A stretch of DNA of 64,000 bases from a virus (IMGVR_UViG_3300033146_000946:64001-128000); one strand, 5' to 3'; shown: positions 1 to 11,912, numbered from the stretch's first letter. The notes: generated by a model from the sequence alone, not told the origin. Numbers and translations: made by a program.

Positions 1-1712
1 CAGCTGGTATTAGAGATAATTATTCAGCTGTAAATAATGCAACTATGAGAAACACACATGGTAAACATATATCTTTATTAGAAAATTTTGTAAATAGTAC
101 TTATCTTGGTAGATCTACAGTTCCAGTTTTATCTGGTTTTATAACAAATTTAACATCTACTACTATTGATAATAGTGATGTTATTTATACTAAATATTTA
201 GGTAGTAGTAGTAGATATGTTAATTCTATATATGCTACTACTGGTAATATTACTACGCTTAATTCTACTACTGGTAATATTACTACAATTAATTCTACTA
301 CTGGTAATATTACTACAATTAATTCTACAACTATTAATAATTCAAATTATATTTATAGTAAATATATAGGTTCAACTAGTAATTTTGTAAATACTGCATA
401 TATTACTACATTAAATTCAGCTAGTAATTATGGTACAAATATATATTATACTAATATATACGCATCAATAGTTGATACTACAACTTTATTTGCTAATACA
501 ATTGGTTCAACTTCTGATGTAGTAAATACAGGATATATAAAACAATTATATAGTACAATAATAGGTTCTTCTTCTAATCCTATAATTAGTGGTTATATAA
601 CTAATATTACTTCTTCTAATATAGTAACTAATACTATTGGTAATAGTAGTAATATTGTATCTAATATTTATACTAGTAAAATAGGAAATGATTCAAGTTA
701 TATAGAATTCGATAGCGATAATATCACTACTACTAGTTCTAATTTAAATCTACAAAATTCTACTATTAATATAGATTCAAATACTACTACTGTAAATATT
801 AAACCTTCTTCAACAGTCGATATTTATTCATCTAATATTATTATTAATGCTAATTATGGTGGTTATTTAAAATATAGAACATCAACATCTTCTAGTGAAC
901 GAACATACTATTTAAGATCAAAATCTGATGCTTCTAATAATATAGTAGATGGATTATATGGTTATTATCATAATAGTACATCACATTTAACTAATAAAAG
1001 TATACTTAATACACATTCTCTTTATTTATATCATAAATCTGGATTTAATCCATCTAAATCTATAACTATATCATATGATGATACAATTATTGATAATGAT
1101 TATGATATTTCTGTAAATGGAGATTTAACAGTAACCTCTTCTAATCTAATAATTAATGGAACAATTACATCAGATGATACTGAAAAAATAACAGTAGCAA
1201 GAACTCTCGATTTATCATCGGCTGGAGGATATGAAGGTATTACAGATGTTAGTTTAGTAACCAAACATATTTGGGTAGAAAATGGTTATTCTATAAGATA
1301 TAAACCATTATCTATTCATGATTCCACATTACATACTGTAAATTTTAATAGTAGTAAGGTCGAAATTAAATCTAATAATCGTGTCGTGTTAAATAAATGT
1401 TCATTTAGTGATACTAATGTTACTGAATCAACACTGGATTTAGGTTTAAATGTTGAATTAAAAGCTTATAAGAATGATATTAATATAACTGCAACAAATG
1501 GTGATATTAGTCTTACTTCAACAAACAGTGATATTAGTCTTTCAGCTTTTAATGTTGGGTTCTATGGTATAATTTCGTGCGCTAATAATGGTATAATAAC
1601 TGCAATTTTTAACTCTGTAGGTACATCATTATTAATGTTAAATTCTAGTAGTGGTCTATATGAATTAAAGACTTTAGTTTTTGATTCCAATGGATATGTA
1701 CATGCTAGTTAA
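1..1712 (+). CDS. Putative tail fibre / virion fibre protein (5'-partial), Ser/Thr/Asn-rich with repeats
   Basis: The frame is open from position 3 up to the ATG at 45, so the gene probably starts upstream of the window. It has recurring (Y/T/I)(L/I)GSS..V...YI repeats and three TTGNITT(L/I)NS units, in a structural-gene context. Confidence 0.55.
   Translation, partial: AGIRDNYSAVNNATMRNTHGKHISLLENFVNSTYLGRSTVPVLSGFITNLTSTTIDNSDVIYTKYLGSSSRYVNSIYATTGNITTLNSTTGNITTINSTTGNITTINSTTINNSNYIYSKYIGSTSNFVNTAYITTLNSASNYGTNIYYTNIYASIVDTTTLFANTIGSTSDVVNTGYIKQLYSTIIGSSSNPIISGYITNITSSNIVTNTIGNSSNIVSNIYTSKIGNDSSYIEFDSDNITTTSSNLNLQNSTINIDSNTTTVNIKPSSTVDIYSSNIIINANYGGYLKYRTSTSSSERTYYLRSKSDASNNIVDGLYGYYHNSTSHLTNKSILNTHSLYLYHKSGFNPSKSITISYDDTIIDNDYDISVNGDLTVTSSNLIINGTITSDDTEKITVARTLDLSSAGGYEGITDVSLVTKHIWVENGYSIRYKPLSIHDSTLHTVNFNSSKVEIKSNNRVVLNKCSFSDTNVTESTLDLGLNVELKAYKNDINITATNGDISLTSTNSDISLSAFNVGFYGIISCANNGIITAIFNSVGTSLLMLNSSSGLYELKTLVFDSNGYVHAS
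237..326 (+). repeat. 3 x 30-bp in-frame tandem repeat (ACTACTGGTAATATTACTACAATTAATTCT)
   Basis: Units at 237-266, 267-296 and 297-326; the first differs by 2 nt. Confidence 0.95.
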
Positions 1713-1726
1713 TAAGGAATTAAATT

Positions 1727-3211
1727 ATGAATAAACCAGTAAAAAAGCAAGTTTGGAATAATATAGATGCGATTGGATTATTAAATGGTATTTCTATTTG
1801 GGATGAACAATATCAAAAATTAAAATATGTTAGATTACCAGATGAAAATAATATCGAATTAAGACATAAAATAAATAATTTTAGAAAAAATCCAATTGAA
1901 GGTAATATAGATCAACAATTAATGCGTGGTCTAGCTAATGAATTAAATTTACAAAGTTATGATAATAATAATGTTTCTACTTTTATATTATCCAGAAGTC
2001 CATTTCCAATTGAAGATAAAAGAATTCAAGATGTATTCGTTTATTATCAAGTTCCTAATTCGGATATATGGGAAGAATTAACTCCACAATATTGGTCAGA
2101 AGATGTAGAATTTAATACACCTACTAATGGATTTATAGTCTGGGAAAATATGTATTATAATAATTCAACGGAAAATAGTAAAACAAATACTTATAGTAGA
2201 TTATTACAAGTATATGAAGATTTACCTCATAATACACGCTTAAAAATCACATATACTATTAGACGATTTGATGAAAATGATAATCCATATTATTTAAAAT
2301 TTACAGATATTAGTAATAAAGAAGATCCAGATGATGTTAGATTCATTTATAAAAAAAGTGATACTGCTTTAACATCAGAATTGATAGATCATGTATGTGT
2401 GTACTCTTTATCTAAAATTCCAGAAAATTTTAGAGATAAATATTTTGAAACTGATGGTAAACCTAAAGATCTTTTATTTGAAATTCAAGATGTAATTGAT
2501 GATGTTTATAAAACGAGATGGAAATATATTAAAAATAGAAATACTATTTGGGATATTAATACTACATTTGCGTCTGGAGTTATTCCGAGTTTCTATGATA
2601 TAGGTGGCAAATCTATTAATGATTTTAATAATAATTTAATTGGTGGTGTTAACTATTATAATACATCTTTATATTTAAAAGATATAGATGTTATATATGA
2701 TGAGATAGAAGATATAGAACATTGGTATCCTGTTCTACAACCTGGACCTTTCTATCTACATGGAAAGAAACAATATTTAATGCAAAATCCAAAATTCGAA
2801 ATTATTAATTTTTCTAATAATCAAGCACCATTACCAAGTGGTGTTAAAATAACATATTATACTATACTAGATAAAGATACAGCAACTATTAACACTGATT
2901 ATATTTATAATGATTATGATTATAAAATAACATGTGATGATGGTGATTATATTCCAATTACTAATATTTTAAGAAAACGCCCACATTTAACATTAGATAA
3001 AGGATTCGAAATTACACTAAATAATAATGAATATATGATAGATTATGATAATAATATTATATATGCTAAAGGTGTCACATCAGCAGTACTTTATTGGGAT
3101 GAAGTAGATATTCCAGATAAAGTCACTATTATTGATAAATTTGTAGATATGAATCCTATTAATGATACTGAACTATCTTATGATTCGTATTTTATAACCA
3201 TAACAGAATAG
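1727..3211 (+). CDS. Hypothetical virion structural protein (494 aa)
   Basis: Long ORF with an AAGGA RBS in a tightly packed + strand structural operon. Confidence 0.5.
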   Translation: MNKPVKKQVWNNIDAIGLLNGISIWDEQYQKLKYVRLPDENNIELRHKINNFRKNPIEGNIDQQLMRGLANELNLQSYDNNNVSTFILSRSPFPIEDKRIQDVFVYYQVPNSDIWEELTPQYWSEDVEFNTPTNGFIVWENMYYNNSTENSKTNTYSRLLQVYEDLPHNTRLKITYTIRRFDENDNPYYLKFTDISNKEDPDDVRFIYKKSDTALTSELIDHVCVYSLSKIPENFRDKYFETDGKPKDLLFEIQDVIDDVYKTRWKYIKNRNTIWDINTTFASGVIPSFYDIGGKSINDFNNNLIGGVNYYNTSLYLKDIDVIYDEIEDIEHWYPVLQPGPFYLHGKKQYLMQNPKFEIINFSNNQAPLPSGVKITYYTILDKDTATINTDYIYNDYDYKITCDDGDYIPITNILRKRPHLTLDKGFEITLNNNEYMIDYDNNIIYAKGVTSAVLYWDEVDIPDKVTIIDKFVDMNPINDTELSYDSYFITITE

Positions 3212-3222
3212 TTGAGATAATT

Positions 3223-3726
3223 ATGAACTTATATGCACGAGTATTAAATAGAAAAAATTTACCGTACAATTTATCAGCAGATCGTATTTTATTAAAAGTA
3301 TCATTAGTTGATATACAAGGTAATTCATCATATTTAGAAAATATTGAATTAAAATTGTATTCAAATTTTGATGGATCAGATAACTATTTAGGTAGTTGGT
3401 TTACTAATGATTATGGTTCTAAAGAAATAGAATATAGAACTGATTTAATTACAGATAAAACTATAGATACAGCTTTAATGTGGATTAAATATGTATATAA
3501 TGGAACTGAATATATTTCTAATAAAGTTAGAGTTAATTTTGTTTATGATGCTGATATTAATTTAGAATTTACTATTATTGATGCTGGTTATGATATTAAT
3601 AGAAATGCTAATATAGAAAATATTTATGACGCAGGTATAAGACATCCTAGTAATCCAAGTGGTGTATTAGATGATATGACTGATAGAAATAATGATTATA
3701 CTATTATTGAAAGAGGTAATTTTTAA
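3223..3726 (+). CDS. Hypothetical protein (167 aa), possibly Ig-like
   Basis: ORF overlaps the next gene's start (TAATG). Confidence 0.45.
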   Translation: MNLYARVLNRKNLPYNLSADRILLKVSLVDIQGNSSYLENIELKLYSNFDGSDNYLGSWFTNDYGSKEIEYRTDLITDKTIDTALMWIKYVYNGTEYISNKVRVNFVYDADINLEFTIIDAGYDINRNANIENIYDAGIRHPSNPSGVLDDMTDRNNDYTIIERGNF

Positions 3727-5759
3727 TGGCAAAATTTAGAAAATTTAATAAAACTTATGATAAGAAAAATACAGCTGTATCTGTTGTACAATTAGATAAT
3801 TTTAATAATAATAATATTGTTAAAAAAATAAGTTATGATAATTTAATAATAGAAAATAGTACAGAAAATGAATTTATTCAATCTATAATACCTATATCTG
3901 AAACTGAAAGTTATAAATTTAAATTAACACATTATTTAGCTAATGCTAATAATAATATGGATTTTTTATTTACTGAAAAAGTTAATAAAAAAAATCAACC
4001 TGTATTTTTTCAATACCAATTAAAATTTGATGTAGCTGGAATCGGAAGAAATGATTTAATACAAATTTATAAGAATAATAATGAACTAATTGATCCTAAT
4101 GAATATATAGTTGAATATGCTCAATTAACATTATATGATAATTATTTAAATGGTAATGATCCAGATTATAGTAGATATGGTTCTAAAATAGAATGGAATA
4201 CATATGATGGTGTTAGTAATGTATATAGAGCTAGAATTTTATTACCTATGAAATTCTTTAGAGATGAAGCATTTTATATGATAAAGTATAATAAAAACTA
4301 TCTTAATGTTGACTTTCCTACTCATATGGAATTATTAGAATTAGTACCATTATATGATTCATCATTATTTATTCAAACATATGACGTTGCATCCAAATCA
4401 ACTATTATTGATATATCTACATCTGAAATTGTAAATAAAAATCTTAATAATTTATATGTTGTTAAAGATCCTAATAAACATATTAATATGGAAGAATCTT
4501 TAGTTATTATTACAGATGGTATTTCTAGTGAAGCATCATCATCTTGGAATGTTAAAATTAATACTGGTAATTTTATTAGAAGTGAAGAAATATTTGATAC
4601 TGAAACATCATTATTTAAATTAGCGTATTCATCAGCTGATAAATATAAATATCAAATAGTTTCATATATTAAACCTAAAATGCTTGGTGATAATATTGTT
4701 AAATTAAGTGAGAAACCAATTTATATAGCAGAATATAATTATCCAGAATATAATATAAGAATATTTCCTAATATGACTCAAACAAATGCTTTACCATTAG
4801 GATCAATTGGATTAACTATTGATGAGCAATTAATTAAAGATCTATCTATTGCTTCAATTGATAGATATAAAGGTTATATAATGTTTAATAAAAATTTAAA
4901 AGCTACACAAGAAGTTTCATTTTTTGTATATATTGATTTTAAAGAAACATTATTTATTCAAAATCTAGAATTGAATCCACGTATTACTGCTAAATATGGT
5001 TTATCTAGTAAATCAGATGTATCATTTAAAGAAATTGGTATAGCTATTAGAAAAGCTAAACCTGGTATACCTAATTCTGAACGTAAATATTATTATCATC
5101 CATATTTTTATGATACTCATGATCCAACTAAATTTTATCTTGGAGACGTTGTATCAAATACTAATGATACTTATGTTATAGATGATGCACAATTAATTTG
5201 GGATCCATTTAATTCAGTTTATAATAAATTAGGTGAGTTTTTACCAATAGGATTATTATCTTTAAATAGATTAAGTTTAGATTTATTAAAAATAACTGAT
5301 GCTAGAGTAATTGGTGGAGGTATTGATAATAATAAATTACAAAATTTAACTAATAATCAAGATAATAGTTATTCTGATAATGGATATTTCGATGGAGTAT
5401 TACTTCCATATGAAGGATTAAAAATTATTCATATACCTAAATACATATATGAAGATTTAATTAATAAATGGAAAAATTCTGGATTGTTTAATGAAACATT
5501 ATATACTGATATAACACAATATGAAATTGATAATTTTAGTAGTGATGAAGAACAACAATATTATTCTAATTTACTACAAGGTATGGCTAGTAATAAAGAA
5601 GATCGATATAAAAATCCTTTTGTTAAAATGAAACAAGAATGGGCTGAAAAAGAAGCTAGTTATTATATAGATAGATTAATTAAAAAGTATATATCTGCTG
5701 GTACGCAATATATTTTATTAGATGAAAATTTTGAACAAATTAAATTAAGGTTGGACTAA
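3726..5759 (+). CDS. Putative baseplate/structural protein (677 aa)
   Basis: C-terminal DARVIGGG...DNGYFDG..LP..G..II.IP...KKYISAG pattern, which I recall from large-myovirus structural proteins; translationally coupled to its neighbours. Confidence 0.5.
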   Translation: MAKFRKFNKTYDKKNTAVSVVQLDNFNNNNIVKKISYDNLIIENSTENEFIQSIIPISETESYKFKLTHYLANANNNMDFLFTEKVNKKNQPVFFQYQLKFDVAGIGRNDLIQIYKNNNELIDPNEYIVEYAQLTLYDNYLNGNDPDYSRYGSKIEWNTYDGVSNVYRARILLPMKFFRDEAFYMIKYNKNYLNVDFPTHMELLELVPLYDSSLFIQTYDVASKSTIIDISTSEIVNKNLNNLYVVKDPNKHINMEESLVIITDGISSEASSSWNVKINTGNFIRSEEIFDTETSLFKLAYSSADKYKYQIVSYIKPKMLGDNIVKLSEKPIYIAEYNYPEYNIRIFPNMTQTNALPLGSIGLTIDEQLIKDLSIASIDRYKGYIMFNKNLKATQEVSFFVYIDFKETLFIQNLELNPRITAKYGLSSKSDVSFKEIGIAIRKAKPGIPNSERKYYYHPYFYDTHDPTKFYLGDVVSNTNDTYVIDDAQLIWDPFNSVYNKLGEFLPIGLLSLNRLSLDLLKITDARVIGGGIDNNKLQNLTNNQDNSYSDNGYFDGVLLPYEGLKIIHIPKYIYEDLINKWKNSGLFNETLYTDITQYEIDNFSSDEEQQYYSNLLQGMASNKEDRYKNPFVKMKQEWAEKEASYYIDRLIKKYISAGTQYILLDENFEQIKLRLD

Positions 5760-7936
5760 TGGATTATTCATATAGTATTAATAGCGAATTAGAAAATATT
5801 CAAAAAATATTATTACAAAATTCTATTAAACAATTCACTAATACTGAATTATTAAATAGTGAAGAAGCTGTAAAAAAAGTATATGATGCGTATGCTGATA
5901 AAATAAAAAATGTTGGATCTAAAATATACGATTTTAATAACTTCTTAGTAAAAAGTAAACAAGTAATAACAAAAGAATATTTTGATTATTTATTACAAGA
6001 TATTTATAATGATTTACATGCATTATATATTAATATGAAATATATAGATGATATCTTAAATATTAATCTTCAAAAAAATAAAAAATTTTATGGAACAATT
6101 GAAAAAAGAATATTAGCATTAGAACAAAAACTAGATATTGCTAGATTAAATGTTAATAATACTATAGGTTTTGATAAAATTTATTTTGAAGGTTTTGATA
6201 ATAAATCATCTGATTCATATTATTATAATTTAATTATAGATAAAAAAAGTGGTGAATTATCTTTGAAACCAATAGATATTCATGTATATAATAAAAAATA
6301 TAATATTAGACAAGTTACATCTACATTATATCCTGTAGCTAATAATGATGGTGGTGTATTAGTTACTACTAATAATTTAAATACATATGAGGAAAATTAT
6401 AGACGCGATGGTTTAAATGATATGTTAATAAATGGTTTATGGAAAGAACAAGTTTTTTGTAATGAAGTTCCTGATATTCAATTTTATATAAATAAAAATG
6501 TAGTAGATGCTCCAACTTTTAAAATTGTTACTCAAGGAATAGTTAGTTATGTAGATATAGAATTTAAATATTTTATTAATTTTAATAATATTGAAATAGA
6601 TTTATTTGGTGAATATGAAACAAATGTTTTATTAATGTTATATAAAAAAGAAGAAAATGATTCTTGGTTACCTGTTAGTAAATTAAAAAGAGATATCGTG
6701 GATGATCAAGAAATAGTATTTGATACTTATACATCAAAAGCACAATTTAATATTATACAATTTAAAAATTTAGAAATGATGCATGCTAAATATCTTAGAA
6801 TAATATTTAATCAAAAAAACTATTCATTAATACATAGTGATAGTTCACAAGTTGCTGATCTTACTAAAAAAATATATACTGATCTATCTGAACGACGATT
6901 AGATGTTTTAAAATTAGATGGAAATTCTGATAGTAAACCAGCTATTCCTAGATTATATCATTATGATTCTTTTTATAATGAATTATATGAAATTATAGAA
7001 TATTCATCGTCTGTTAATGAAATGATTAAAAAATTAATTACTAAATTAAATCCTACTCCAAAATTAATAACAATAGAATTTAATAAATTATTAAAATATG
7101 AACTTGGAGCATGGTCTATTGAACCTAAATTATTACAATATATCGGTACTGGTATTTATATATCGAGATTATATGAATATAATGATAGACCATTAGTTTC
7201 GATTACATTAGATACTAAACAAGAAGATATAAAATCTAATTCATGTAATTGGTATATATCTGATAATTTAGAAACATCAGTAATACCAATTATTCCTAAT
7301 GATGAATTAATACGAAAAGAACCTTTATTAATAGTTGAACATGAATATTATAAAGATTTAGGATGGACTGATGGTACATTAATTAAATTAGAATTTCCAT
7401 GTGATTTAAAATTTATCGATTATTTAGTATTATATGAAGATGAAAAATTTATTAGTCCTGAATATCTAGATATGTATCCTTTAAATTCACAATTAATTTT
7501 TATTAAAAATATTAAAGATCCAAAAAAACATAAATATGTAATTAAATATATACCAGCTAAATATAATTCTACTAATGTTTATGTTTTATTTAAAACAAAA
7601 AAATATAATGATAATGTTTTAGAATATCAAATAGTTGCATCTAGAAAATCTATTTTAGAATTATTCTTAGATAAAACAAATCTAACAGAAGACTATACTA
7701 TAAAGAAAGTACCATGTACTGAATATGAATATCATTCATATTTTGATGATGATTATGCTAATATTTGTATTACTAAAAAATATTATAATAAAGAACCATA
7801 TAAATCAGTTATAGATACATATCTTTATCCTAATATAGTTGAAAAGTTAAGAGATGTAAATATCAATTATACAAATTCAGCATTTATATTAGATGAACCT
7901 CCAGCTACTCCATTAGTTTTAACAAGGAAATTATAA
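5759..7936 (+). CDS. Putative structural protein, paralog family (725 aa)
   Basis: N-terminal helical 'FDYLLQDIYNDLHALY' segment resembles those of 8724, 15118 and 18703. Confidence 0.5.
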   Translation: MDYSYSINSELENIQKILLQNSIKQFTNTELLNSEEAVKKVYDAYADKIKNVGSKIYDFNNFLVKSKQVITKEYFDYLLQDIYNDLHALYINMKYIDDILNINLQKNKKFYGTIEKRILALEQKLDIARLNVNNTIGFDKIYFEGFDNKSSDSYYYNLIIDKKSGELSLKPIDIHVYNKKYNIRQVTSTLYPVANNDGGVLVTTNNLNTYEENYRRDGLNDMLINGLWKEQVFCNEVPDIQFYINKNVVDAPTFKIVTQGIVSYVDIEFKYFINFNNIEIDLFGEYETNVLLMLYKKEENDSWLPVSKLKRDIVDDQEIVFDTYTSKAQFNIIQFKNLEMMHAKYLRIIFNQKNYSLIHSDSSQVADLTKKIYTDLSERRLDVLKLDGNSDSKPAIPRLYHYDSFYNELYEIIEYSSSVNEMIKKLITKLNPTPKLITIEFNKLLKYELGAWSIEPKLLQYIGTGIYISRLYEYNDRPLVSITLDTKQEDIKSNSCNWYISDNLETSVIPIIPNDELIRKEPLLIVEHEYYKDLGWTDGTLIKLEFPCDLKFIDYLVLYEDEKFISPEYLDMYPLNSQLIFIKNIKDPKKHKYVIKYIPAKYNSTNVYVLFKTKKYNDNVLEYQIVASRKSILELFLDKTNLTEDYTIKKVPCTEYEYHSYFDDDYANICITKKYYNKEPYKSVIDTYLYPNIVEKLRDVNINYTNSAFILDEPPATPLVLTRKL

Positions 7937-8713
7937 ATGAGTATAGATACTAATATCAATATTAATAGAATACATGGAACATCATTAGTTACTACTAGTA
8001 TTAATGTTCCATTAGAATTTGGATTAACAGATATGGATTCAACTTCATTTACATTAACATATGATGATAATTATAAATTTGTAGTAGATGAAAATAATAT
8101 AACATCTATAATAGAATTAGATATTGTACCATTTATAGATTATTCAAAATATGATAATGATCGTCGTAAATGGTTTAATATTGATAAATATGGGTCATTA
8201 TGGCGACATTATAAATGTGGTGATTTCATTATTGAGAAAGATAAACTATTTACATCTGGAGGTGATCCTAATGGAGGTATGTGTTCAGCTTATGGTGGTA
8301 ATTTATATTATTCAATGGAAAATCTATTTAAATTACAATATGATTATTTATATCCAAATGATGAAGATAGAATAAAATTGCTTAATGATTTACAAATAAC
8401 TGAATATGAACCAATTTCACTTTTGCTTAAAAATGAAAAAATTAAAGATGTAACTGATTACACTTTTAATATTACACCTACTTTAGATTATATAGTTCCT
8501 GAAAAAAATAAACAATTTTATTTTAAAAATAATAGATTATATACTAATTTAGATTTAACATTATATGAACCACAAGATATAGTAATAAAATATAAAAGTA
8601 CTATTAATAAAATTAAAGTTAAAAATATAATGGATACTAATTCAAATAATTATAGTAATTATACTCCAATTGTTGATTATTATATGTTAAAAATAACTGG
8701 ACAAAATTTGTAA
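7937..8713 (+). CDS. Putative structural protein (258 aa)
   Basis: C-terminal 'TPIVDYYMLKI' motif shared with neighbouring ORFs. Confidence 0.45.
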   Translation: MSIDTNININRIHGTSLVTTSINVPLEFGLTDMDSTSFTLTYDDNYKFVVDENNITSIIELDIVPFIDYSKYDNDRRKWFNIDKYGSLWRHYKCGDFIIEKDKLFTSGGDPNGGMCSAYGGNLYYSMENLFKLQYDYLYPNDEDRIKLLNDLQITEYEPISLLLKNEKIKDVTDYTFNITPTLDYIVPEKNKQFYFKNNRLYTNLDLTLYEPQDIVIKYKSTINKIKVKNIMDTNSNNYSNYTPIVDYYMLKITGQNL

Positions 8714-8723
8714 AGGTTTCAAT

Positions 8724-10208
8724 ATGAATTATATATATAAATTATTTTCTAAATATTTTAATAAATATAAACAGAATGTACTTAATAGAATTAGCGGATT
8801 AGTTAGAGTAACTGATACTGAAGTTTTAGAAGTTAGTTTAGATGAATTATTTAAAATATTAGATATTATTAGTGGTAGACAAACAACTGAATTATATATT
8901 CCAAAATATAATAAATTTCCATCGAGTAAAGATTTTAATATATTATTAGAAAAAATGGATGTTGATTTTGATGTGTTATTTAATTCTAGTAAAATTGTTG
9001 TAACTGATGCACAAAATGTAGTTAATTTTGATGTTACTCAAAGAATAGGTATAATTAATCTTTTATCTAAAACGCAAGGTAATGTGTTTCAAAGTTATGT
9101 TCTATCTAAAAAAGGTATTAATGGAAATATAATTATTAAAGAAGATTTTAAAACTGATGATAAAAAAACATTATTATCTGCTAATTCAAATAATGTAGAT
9201 ATTGATACGGATTTAAATATTTTAACATTAAAAAAGAAAAATAATAAACCAATATTAAATAATACTGTTATAGATACTAGAAATGTAGATGTTGCATTTG
9301 CAGAACAACAAGATATAAACTATAAGTTATATCCAAATAATTTTGATTTAAAATTAGGATCTTTTTGGAATACTAAATCTTCTGGTGCACATTTTAATAA
9401 AAATTTAAATCCAGAACAATATAGACAAAATATAACGTCAGGATATAAAAATCCTAATGCTACAAAAAAATCTCATTCTGTAGAATTACCTAGTAGTTCT
9501 ATTTCATGGTTGCCAAAAGGACCAGGTTATATAGCTTCACCTAAAATAGATAGTTGTCAATTTGAATCTGTTATTACATATGATCCAGATAAAAATTTAG
9601 AAACTAAAATTGAAAATAAATTTTCTGAAAGTGAAGATATTCCTAAAAATTCAATTTTTATAGATAGACAAATTTCTATAAATGGTAAATATATTTCAAC
9701 ATTAGATACATATCCTAATTCAAAAATAATTATAAAAATACCTTTTGAGGAAAATGCTACTTTATCTAATGGATTATATATAACATTAAATCCAAATGAT
9801 CATAATGAATTACCAAATTTAAATGCTAATGAAAGTTATATTATATCTACTAAAAATGAAAAAGTCGGAATTTATTCAGTATCAAATGATACTAAAGAAG
9901 ATACTAATATAACAGACAAATTATATAGCGTTACTTTTCATAAACCTATTATTCCAGCTATGATAAAATTAGTATTTGAATATGATAAAATATCTGGATG
10001 GGCACAAGTCCAATATTGGATGAGTAATTGGGAATTAGAAATATTAAAATCTTTAGATATTAATGTATATGTAGATGAAGAAGAAAATCCAGATACTGTC
10101 CATGTTGATTTTAATAGAAAAGTTAATATACTAATTGATGATATAAGTGATGATATATCTGAAAGAAATAAAGCTTTATCATTAGTTATATCTGAAGGAG
10201 TTGAATAA
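8724..10208 (+). CDS. Putative structural protein, paralog family (494 aa)
   Basis: 'PSSKDFNILLEKMDVDFDVLF' N-terminal motif. Confidence 0.5.
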   Translation: MNYIYKLFSKYFNKYKQNVLNRISGLVRVTDTEVLEVSLDELFKILDIISGRQTTELYIPKYNKFPSSKDFNILLEKMDVDFDVLFNSSKIVVTDAQNVVNFDVTQRIGIINLLSKTQGNVFQSYVLSKKGINGNIIIKEDFKTDDKKTLLSANSNNVDIDTDLNILTLKKKNNKPILNNTVIDTRNVDVAFAEQQDINYKLYPNNFDLKLGSFWNTKSSGAHFNKNLNPEQYRQNITSGYKNPNATKKSHSVELPSSSISWLPKGPGYIASPKIDSCQFESVITYDPDKNLETKIENKFSESEDIPKNSIFIDRQISINGKYISTLDTYPNSKIIIKIPFEENATLSNGLYITLNPNDHNELPNLNANESYIISTKNEKVGIYSVSNDTKEDTNITDKLYSVTFHKPIIPAMIKLVFEYDKISGWAQVQYWMSNWELEILKSLDINVYVDEEENPDTVHVDFNRKVNILIDDISDDISERNKALSLVISEGVE

Positions 10209-11912
10209 ATGTTAGTAGATATTTATGCTAATAAAAATAATGCATCTATAGCTGTAACGGATGGTTATTTAATATTACCTGTATTTAATTGGGGCGGATT
10301 TGCTAGTTCACCATATTTATCTCTTTTTCCATATATCCATGGTAAAAATAATAAACAAGCAACAACTCATACTGAATATTTAAATAAATTTAGTAATAAT
10401 AAAGAAAAATATGAATATAATTTATATTTAGATTATATAAAAAAAGATGATATAGAACCTGATAAAAATATCTATGATTTGAGTGAAAAAGCTAAACATA
10501 TAGAATTAAAATTACCATTTATATTTCCTATGTTTTTAAATAATGGAATACAAAATAGTATATTTAATAGTACTGTTGATTTCTTTTCTAATCATAGTAA
10601 TAATTATTATCGAAAGCCATTTTTTAAAACATATAATCCAGATGCAAATACTATTTTTAATAGTAATAGTTATCAAGATAGTACATTTGCTAATACTAAG
10701 CAAATTAATCATAATATGCAATATTGTATAATTAATGGCGATTTATTACAACAATATTTGGAAGTATTTGATACCATGCTTTATATGTATTCTTGTTATG
10801 GTGATGCTTTTTTAAATAAATTTTATTTAAAAACAGATAGATCTAATTGGGATGATCAAAATCCTATATTATATCCAGATGATTATAATAGAAATGATGG
10901 AATTACTACTAAACCATATTTAAATACTGGAAAAGAATTTAATTTAATGTTAAGTAGATCAAATTTTAAAGGTGAAATATTAACAAAAATGGTAGTATCA
11001 GATAAATTAAAAATTCATTTTGATAATTTAAAATTAATATCTATGGCTACTCCTGGTAATGATTATATAATTATTACATATAATGCTATTATTGACATAC
11101 ATTATTGTTATAATTTAACAGGACATTCGGAATATCCTACGTTTAATGCATATACTTTAGATTTTATAATGTATGTTGACGAAATATTAATAGAGATTGA
11201 TGATTGGAAATTAGATTTCGATTTAAAATCTGAATGGATTTCATATGTTTTAAATTTACTCACTGAAGCACCTTGGGATCATTATTTAATTAACGTTCCA
11301 ATGATTACTAAATTTAGATTAATAGATAATAGATTAGCATTAGTAGATGCTGCTTGTCCAATTCAAACAATAATAAATGCTGAAACTCGTGTAGAACAAA
11401 TACCTGGTATAAATGATATGATGTTTATTCGTGCTCCTTTTAGAATGATGTATTCATATCATTCACATCATGATAAATTAAAACCTATATATTCTAATGG
11501 TAAAAGTAGTAGTGTATATGATGCTAAAAATGACAATATAGTTATGGCTATGTGGTTAAATAATAGTGCTGATACTGAATATAAATTTGATACAATTGAT
11601 GCTGATGATCCATATGATCTAACGGGTTTTATTGGAGTTATATTAGCGACTTATTCAGCAAATGATTCATTTGAAAGAAAAAATCCATCTCTATTTAAAA
11701 TAGAAGTTATATATGTAGATCCTATTAAAGATATGACTTTAATTTATCATAATGAACATTTATATTTATCATATGTTGATAAATGGAATATGTTTTATGT
11801 TGTTAAATTAACATATTTAAATAATGGACAATATGATGTTTCACCATCTTTTATTAAAAGTGACGTATTAGATTTTGATGTTATAGGAGTTAAAAATGGT
11901 AAACTTGGATAA
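10209..11912 (+). CDS. Hypothetical protein (567 aa), structural module
   Basis: Long coupled ORF with a GGAG RBS. Confidence 0.45.
   Translation: MLVDIYANKNNASIAVTDGYLILPVFNWGGFASSPYLSLFPYIHGKNNKQATTHTEYLNKFSNNKEKYEYNLYLDYIKKDDIEPDKNIYDLSEKAKHIELKLPFIFPMFLNNGIQNSIFNSTVDFFSNHSNNYYRKPFFKTYNPDANTIFNSNSYQDSTFANTKQINHNMQYCIINGDLLQQYLEVFDTMLYMYSCYGDAFLNKFYLKTDRSNWDDQNPILYPDDYNRNDGITTKPYLNTGKEFNLMLSRSNFKGEILTKMVVSDKLKIHFDNLKLISMATPGNDYIIITYNAIIDIHYCYNLTGHSEYPTFNAYTLDFIMYVDEILIEIDDWKLDFDLKSEWISYVLNLLTEAPWDHYLINVPMITKFRLIDNRLALVDAACPIQTIINAETRVEQIPGINDMMFIRAPFRMMYSYHSHHDKLKPIYSNGKSSSVYDAKNDNIVMAMWLNNSADTEYKFDTIDADDPYDLTGFIGVILATYSANDSFERKNPSLFKIEVIYVDPIKDMTLIYHNEHLYLSYVDKWNMFYVVKLTYLNNGQYDVSPSFIKSDVLDFDVIGVKNGKLG

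Noticed and set aside
237-326. 30-bp repeats as a CRISPR array or DGR template
   Set aside because: They are directly abutting, in-frame coding repeats with no spacers, and no reverse transcriptase is in the window.
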